From: an uncultured Gammaproteobacteria bacterium
GTDB lineage: Bacteria > Patescibacteriota > Patescibacteriia > Magasanikbacterales > GWA2-37-8
DNA length: 64,000 nt
Direction of reading: 5' to 3'
NCBI GenBank assembly: GCA_964540825.1
Contig: CAZINT010000002.1
Span: 477 to 64,476, forward strand
Positions 57,694-64,000 of this stretch are shown here, piece by piece. The notes below the pieces were generated by a model. The model made no database searches and was not told the DNA's origin. It saw only the letters and a program-made list of their open reading frames with translations. A program made the translations under genes and the position numbers. Each line of letters begins with the position of its first letter. The first letter of the stretch is position 1.

Positions 57694-58290
57694 ATGAGAT
57701 TTACTAGTATTGATACGGTACACGCTGCAACTGCGCACGAAGCGGAAGCACCTACCGAAGCGCATGAAACTGCCGCCGATGGAGGTGTGCTCGGATCGCT
57801 CGGTATCAGCCCAACCTTGTTTGGATTTCAACTGATTAACTTTGCAATTGTTGCTGCTATTGTTTGGTTTATCATTTTAAAACCGCTCACCTCGAAAATG
57901 GCGGAGCGCCAGAAGATGATCGACGAAAGCCTGTCTAATGTTGATAAAATTCAAGAGAAGCTTGCCAAGGGTGAACGTGACTACCAGGAACGCATTGATG
58001 TTGCCAAAGTAGAAGCAAATAAAATTATTGAAAAAGCCGGAGTTCAGGCAGGGGAGTTATCTGAATCAATGAAAGTAAAAGCACGTGAAGATATTGAACA
58101 GTTGGTTGATCAGGCTAAGCGCAATATTGAAGTTGAGCGCGATCAAGCAGTGACCCAAATTAAAAAGAATGCTGCCGCCCTGGTCACGTCAGCGGTTGAA
58201 AAAATATTACATGAAAAGTTAGATGGCGCTAAAGATCAAAAATTAGTTGAGGAAATGGTTTCTAAAATTGCTTATGAAGAAGAAAAATAG
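57694..58290 (+). CDS. atpF: F0F1 ATP synthase subunit b
   Basis: FQLINFAI...KPL....ERQK.I plus coiled coil. Confidence 0.93.
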   Translation: MRFTSIDTVHAATAHEAEAPTEAHETAADGGVLGSLGISPTLFGFQLINFAIVAAIVWFIILKPLTSKMAERQKMIDESLSNVDKIQEKLAKGERDYQERIDVAKVEANKIIEKAGVQAGELSESMKVKAREDIEQLVDQAKRNIEVERDQAVTQIKKNAAALVTSAVEKILHEKLDGAKDQKLVEEMVSKIAYEEEK

Positions 58291-58666
58291 TTATAAAGAG
58301 TACGCCGCCGCCTTGTACGAGGTTACCAAAAACCTCGAAGGCAAAGCTCTGAGTCAAGCTCTTGCCGAGTTTGTAAAGCTTTTGGCGCGCGCAAACAAAC
58401 TTAAGAAAGCGCCGCTCATCATGGACTGTTTTGAAAAGATCTACCGCAAAAAAAATGGTATTGTGCCCTTGGAAGTAATCACTGCCAAACCACTGGCTGA
58501 AAAAAGCAGGGAAAAAATCATTACAGTATTTGGGGCTAAAGCAGAACTGAACGAAACGACGGACCCAAACATTATCGGCGGGATCATTATCAAGACTGAA
58601 GATATCGTGCTCGACGGAAGCCTCAAAAAACAATTACAACTTTTAAAGACTCAATTAACTGCATAA
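58274..58666 (+). CDS. atpH: F0F1 ATP synthase subunit delta (short form)
   Basis: YAAALYE...[10 protein letters not shown]...LDGSLK.QL. Confidence 0.9.
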   Translation: MKKKNSYKEYAAALYEVTKNLEGKALSQALAEFVKLLARANKLKKAPLIMDCFEKIYRKKNGIVPLEVITAKPLAEKSREKIITVFGAKAELNETTDPNIIGGIIIKTEDIVLDGSLKKQLQLLKTQLTA

Positions 58667-58668
58667 GT

Positions 58669-60156
58669 ATGTCCATGAATTCCATTATTGAAGAACTCAA
58701 AAAAAATATCAGCAGCTTCGAAAAGCAGGTTGAAGTCGAGGAAGTTGGTAAAGTGCTTGAGGTGGGGGATGGTATCGCCCGCCTGAGCGGTCTTACTAAA
58801 TGTCAGGCCAGTGAAATGCTTGAATTTCCCGGCGGAACGTTTGGCGTAGCCCTTAACCTGGAAGAAGAAACGGTTGGTGCGGTTATTTTAGGTGACTATA
58901 CTCATATTAAAGAAGGGGATACCGTTAAACGTACCGGTCGTATTTTGTCCGTTCCGGTTGGCGAGGAACTTATTGGCCGCGTGGTTAATCCGCTTGGTGT
59001 TGCCAAAGATGGCGGAGCACCAATTGCTTCCAAGAAATTTTATCCGATTGAAAAAATTGCTCCGGGCGTTATGACTCGTGAGCCGGTTACCCAGCCGGTG
59101 CAAACGGGTATTAAGGCGATTGACGCGATGATCCCGGTAGGGCGCGGTCAACGCGAACTTATTATCGGCGACCGCCAAACTGGTAAGACTGCTGTCGCGA
59201 TTGATACGATTATCAACCAAAAAGGACAAGACATGATTTGTGTCTATGTTGCGGTTGGACAAAAAGAATCAAAAATCGCTCGTATCGTTGCCAAGCTTAA
59301 AGAAACAGGTGCAATGGATTACACAATTGTAGTCGCAGCTGGTTCTTCTGACCCTGCATCCCTTTTATACATCGCGCCCTACGCCGGTGTTGCTATGGCT
59401 GAATACTTCATGGACAAAGGCAAAGATGTTTTGGTTATCTACGATGATCTTTCCAAGCAAGCTTGGGCCTACCGTGAAATTTCACTTCTCTTGCGCCGTC
59501 CACCGGGCCGTGAAGCTTTCCCTGGTGATGTTTTCTACCTCCACTCTCGCTTACTTGAACGCGCTTGCCGCCGCAACAAAGAATCCGGCGGTGGTTCGAT
59601 CACAGCCTTACCGATTATCGAAACACAGGCTGGAGACATCTCTGCGTATATTCCAACTAATGTAATTTCAATTACGGACGGTCAGATCTTCCTTGAAAGT
59701 GATTTGTTCTTCCGCGGTATCCGCCCGGCGCTTAACGTTGGTATTTCCGTATCGCGCGTTGGCTCGGCTGCCCAGATCAAACCCATGAAAAAAGTGGCCG
59801 GTAAGATGAAGCTGAACATGGCCCAGTTCCGTGAAATGGAAGCCTTTGCTCAGTTTGCGAGCGATCTCGATGCTGAAACAAAAAAACAGATTGACCTTGG
59901 TCAGCGCTTAGTAGAAATCTTGAAACAGCCACAGTACCAACCCGTACCGGTTGCTAACCAAGTAGCGGTTATTTATGCGCTTAACAATGGCTATGCCAGC
60001 GATGTTGCGGTAAAAGATATTCGTGACTGGGAGGCTAAATTGCATGAATACATGAATAAAACGAAACCAGGGCTGTTAGAAAAGATCAGTAAAGGTGGTT
60101 GGGATGAAGAGATTGAGAAAGAATTAAAAGAAGCGATTCAAGAATTCAAGAAATAA
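58669..60156 (+). CDS. atpA: F0F1 ATP synthase subunit alpha
   Basis: GDRQTGKT and [21 protein letters not shown] motifs. Confidence 0.97.
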   Translation: MSMNSIIEELKKNISSFEKQVEVEEVGKVLEVGDGIARLSGLTKCQASEMLEFPGGTFGVALNLEEETVGAVILGDYTHIKEGDTVKRTGRILSVPVGEELIGRVVNPLGVAKDGGAPIASKKFYPIEKIAPGVMTREPVTQPVQTGIKAIDAMIPVGRGQRELIIGDRQTGKTAVAIDTIINQKGQDMICVYVAVGQKESKIARIVAKLKETGAMDYTIVVAAGSSDPASLLYIAPYAGVAMAEYFMDKGKDVLVIYDDLSKQAWAYREISLLLRRPPGREAFPGDVFYLHSRLLERACRRNKESGGGSITALPIIETQAGDISAYIPTNVISITDGQIFLESDLFFRGIRPALNVGISVSRVGSAAQIKPMKKVAGKMKLNMAQFREMEAFAQFASDLDAETKKQIDLGQRLVEILKQPQYQPVPVANQVAVIYALNNGYASDVAVKDIRDWEAKLHEYMNKTKPGLLEKISKGGWDEEIEKELKEAIQEFKK

Positions 60157-60232
60157 AAAGATCTTTTAAAAAAGTACCCGGCGAACCTTTGTAGGCTCAG
60201 CCGGGCAATAAACCCCGAAGTTGCTAGTCGAG

Positions 60233-60646
60233 TCAGCGCTTCGGGTCGTTACGGATGTAGTTCTGCTCGGTCAGGTACTCGAGGTCAGACCGGCGAACCA
60301 GACGACGCTTGGTTCCTCCCTGGAGGTCCTCCACGACGATCTCCTCGCCGACGTCCATGAGGAAGACCAGGTAGCGCGTGACCTCTTCGGCACTGCTCTG
60401 CCCGAAGCAGCCCAGGTGGTAAACGCTCCCGCTGATGTTCCAGCTGGCAAGCGCACCTTGGGACACCTCCCAGCAAACGAGCTCCTGCTCCGGACTCTTC
60501 GAGATGACGGAGCGGACGAGGGCGTTGTTGATCTCCGGTCCCTGCTCCTCGAGCAGCGCGACACCGCCACAAGGACTGAGCAGGCTGCGAGGAATTGTAT
60601 TTGCAATACCTTTGCGACCAATGAACGTGCAGCGAAAGATCGGCAT
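60233..60646 (-). CDS. GC-rich orphan inserted antisense between atpA and atpG
   Basis: AAGGAG SD 6 nt before ATG, TTGACA-17-TATACT promoter (60725-60753), and a CCCGGC/GCCGGG hairpin downstream. Confidence 0.65.
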   Translation of the reverse strand: MPIFRCTFIGRKGIANTIPRSLLSPCGGVALLEEQGPEINNALVRSVISKSPEQELVCWEVSQGALASWNISGSVYHLGCFGQSSAEEVTRYLVFLMDVGEEIVVEDLQGGTKRRLVRRSDLEYLTEQNYIRNDPKR

Positions 60647-60771
60647 GCTGAACTCCTTATTGAGTGGCCAGAAAAGCAGGTAAGCGAGCCTTCTATTCTG
60701 GATACTCAATAAAAATAACAAACAAGTATAGCACTAAAACTCTTATTTGTCAAGATTTACCCTAAGCTTGT

Positions 60772-61665
60772 ATGGCTCTCAGTACTAAGACAATTAAACG
60801 ACGCATCAAATCTATTGCCAACACTAAAAAAATAACCAAGGCAATGGAGATGATTAGTGCTGTAAAAATGCGCCGAGCCGTTGCTAACGCCTCGGCAACA
60901 CGCGCTTATGCTGACCTGGCTTGGAAAATGCTCCAGGATGTGACGCGCAAAGCTGGTCCCAAGCACCACCCGCTACTGGCAGAACGTCCGATTAAAAAGA
61001 TGGGGCTGATTTTAATCACCAGCAACCGCGGACTTGCCGGCGGGTTTAGTTCCAAACTCCTTCAGGAAGTCGACGCTTTTATTACCAAAATCAAAAAGGA
61101 AAAAAATGTCGATGTTGAAGTCTTGGTAATGGGTAAAAAAGGCCGAAAAATTTACCAGAATTTTGGTCACGCCATTGCTGCTGAATTTGATAAGGTTGAT
61201 GTTACAAAAGCGATTTCAGATATTCTTCCGATGTCACAGCTTGCCGCAACAGATTTTATTAATAGCACGTACGATCAAATTGGCGTAGCGTACATGCAAT
61301 ATATTTCAGCTATTAAACAGGTGCCGATCATTAAGCCGATTTTTCCAATTAAACAAAAAAATCACATTACGGTTATTGAAAAAAATCCTCAACCTACAGA
61401 GCAGCCTACCGATTTTATTTTTGAACCGAATCCGCTGGAAGTACTTAAAATGCTTCTGCCCCGCCTCATTGAAATGCAGCTCTACCAGGCAGTGCTTGAA
61501 TCTGACGCATCGGAACATAGTGCCCGCATGATGGCCATGCAAGCAGCCTCAGACGCCGCAAGCGATATGATCAAAGAATTAAATACCACCTTTAATAACG
61601 CTCGCCAAGCGGCGATTACCAAAGAAATTGCCGAGGTGATTGGTGGGGCAGCGGCTTTGGAATAA
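60772..61665 (+). CDS. atpG: F0F1 ATP synthase subunit gamma
   Basis: KITKAMEMISA, RGLAGGF, SEHSARMMAM and RQAAITKEI motifs. Confidence 0.96.
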   Translation: MALSTKTIKRRIKSIANTKKITKAMEMISAVKMRRAVANASATRAYADLAWKMLQDVTRKAGPKHHPLLAERPIKKMGLILITSNRGLAGGFSSKLLQEVDAFITKIKKEKNVDVEVLVMGKKGRKIYQNFGHAIAAEFDKVDVTKAISDILPMSQLAATDFINSTYDQIGVAYMQYISAIKQVPIIKPIFPIKQKNHITVIEKNPQPTEQPTDFIFEPNPLEVLKMLLPRLIEMQLYQAVLESDASEHSARMMAMQAASDAASDMIKELNTTFNNARQAAITKEIAEVIGGAAALE

Positions 61666-61674
61666 TTATTTTTT

Positions 61675-61983
61675 ATGAGCAATGAAGCCCGTCAAATGAT
61701 ACGAAATTTTGATCGTCCACCAAGCGCTTCGCAAGAACGGCGTGAAAAAAACGGGTACTTTGAAGTAGCAGAATTACTCGCAACACATTTTGATGATAGT
61801 GTTTTTACTTTATCGGATATTCGTGAGGCGGGAATAACAAAAGAACTTACCAGATCAACTATTTCGGCTATGATAAAAGAAGGTTTTTTGGTACCAGATG
61901 GTGCTGGCTTTGCTGTTTCAGGTCCAACATATGAGCGTATTACTAAGCGTGATAGTGCCGGAAATGACGGAGAAGACACTTAA
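61675..61983 (+). CDS. Hypothetical protein between atpG and atpD (possible winged helix)
   Basis: 102-aa ORF 9 nt after atpG; FTLSDI...RSTISAMIKEGFL....GFAVS pattern. Confidence 0.55.
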   Translation: MSNEARQMIRNFDRPPSASQERREKNGYFEVAELLATHFDDSVFTLSDIREAGITKELTRSTISAMIKEGFLVPDGAGFAVSGPTYERITKRDSAGNDGEDT

Positions 61984-61997
61984 TAAAAAGACTGTAA

Positions 61998-63398
<1,401 letters not shown>

Positions 63399-63493
63399 TA
63401 TTAGTACTAAGCAGAGTAGGCAGAATAAGCGAGTTAAGCGCATCTTATTACTTACCCTGCCTACAACTTACTCTGCTTAATCTGCTCGTCTAT

Positions 63494-63907
63494 ATGAAAT
63501 TTCAAATAATCACACCCGAACGCGTTGTTTTCACTGATGAGGTTGATCAGGTCAGTTTAATGACGTCTACCGGTGAGATTACAGTTATGGCCCATCACAT
63601 TCCGCTCGTGACCACTATCCAGCCTGGGGAATTGCGCTTTAAAAAAGATGGCAAAGAGAGCGTAATTGCTGTTTCCGGCGGTTTTGCTGAAGTAAAAAAA
63701 GATAATTCTCTTGTTATTCTTGCTGACACCGCTGAACATGCTACCGAAATTGACTTAACTCGTGCCGAAGCTGCCAGAGATCGAGCACTTAAAACCATGC
63801 AAGAGCCGGTTCGACGGGATCAAGAAGAATTTGCTGCGCTTCAGGCTAATCTTGAGCGCGCTCTTAATCGCGTTAAAATAGGTAACAAATATCGTCGTTT
63901 ACCGTAA
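63494..63907 (+). CDS. atpC: F0F1 ATP synthase subunit epsilon
   Basis: IITPER...GEITV..HH.PL...VSGGFAEV...LAD. Confidence 0.95.
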   Translation: MKFQIITPERVVFTDEVDQVSLMTSTGEITVMAHHIPLVTTIQPGELRFKKDGKESVIAVSGGFAEVKKDNSLVILADTAEHATEIDLTRAEAARDRALKTMQEPVRRDQEEFAALQANLERALNRVKIGNKYRRLP

Positions 63908-63925
63908 AAATTAGAGTATCTTTAA

Positions 63926-63966
63926 AAAATTTGGTATAGTGTACAGCTATACCAAATTTTATTTTT
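63926..63966. terminator. Terminator of the atp operon
   Basis: AAAATTTGGTATAG-loop-CTATACCAAATTTT-ATTTTT. Confidence 0.8.
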
Positions 63967-64000
63967 AGCGATTGTCTCATGCGCGCCGCTAACCTTTCCC

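Noticed and set aside
60221-60712. Plus-strand ORF between atpA and atpG
   Set aside because: No convincing start; the SD and promoter support the minus-strand gene instead.

Overview
Bacterial chromosomal window that looks like a Patescibacteria/CPR genome. This is inferred from AT-rich, mostly Shine-Dalgarno-less starts, a CPR-type pilin, a CxxC-x17-CxxC protein and a compact F-ATPase. It contains an ECF sigma/anti-sigma locus, a MacAB-type ABC exporter with an AbrB regulator, Ig/FN3 surface proteins, greA, a DEDD exonuclease and topoisomerase IB. Further along are a com-like/pyrD/split nrdD/nrdG operon, TspO, a crtI-crtB-crtE-lyeJ carotenoid cluster, cation antiporters, tRNA-Asn with a downstream island, a probable 6S RNA, rsmI-metG-tatD and the atp operon. 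Four observations stand out. (1) A phage Mu Com-like zinc-finger gene sits between tandem NrdR boxes and a GAAGCTCC repeat that overlaps an intrinsic terminator in front of pyrD-nrdD-nrdG, suggesting an undescribed RNA-binding antitermination switch for dNTP synthesis. (2) An integrase-free array of single-gene units, separated by att/tRNA-3'-end remnants, lies behind tRNA-Asn. (3) About eight self-contained GC-rich cassettes (SD + ORF, most with a promoter and a long hairpin) are dispersed through the window, one inside the atp operon. (4) There are unannotated small genes and structured RNAs. All calls come from reading the sequence; no searches were run.
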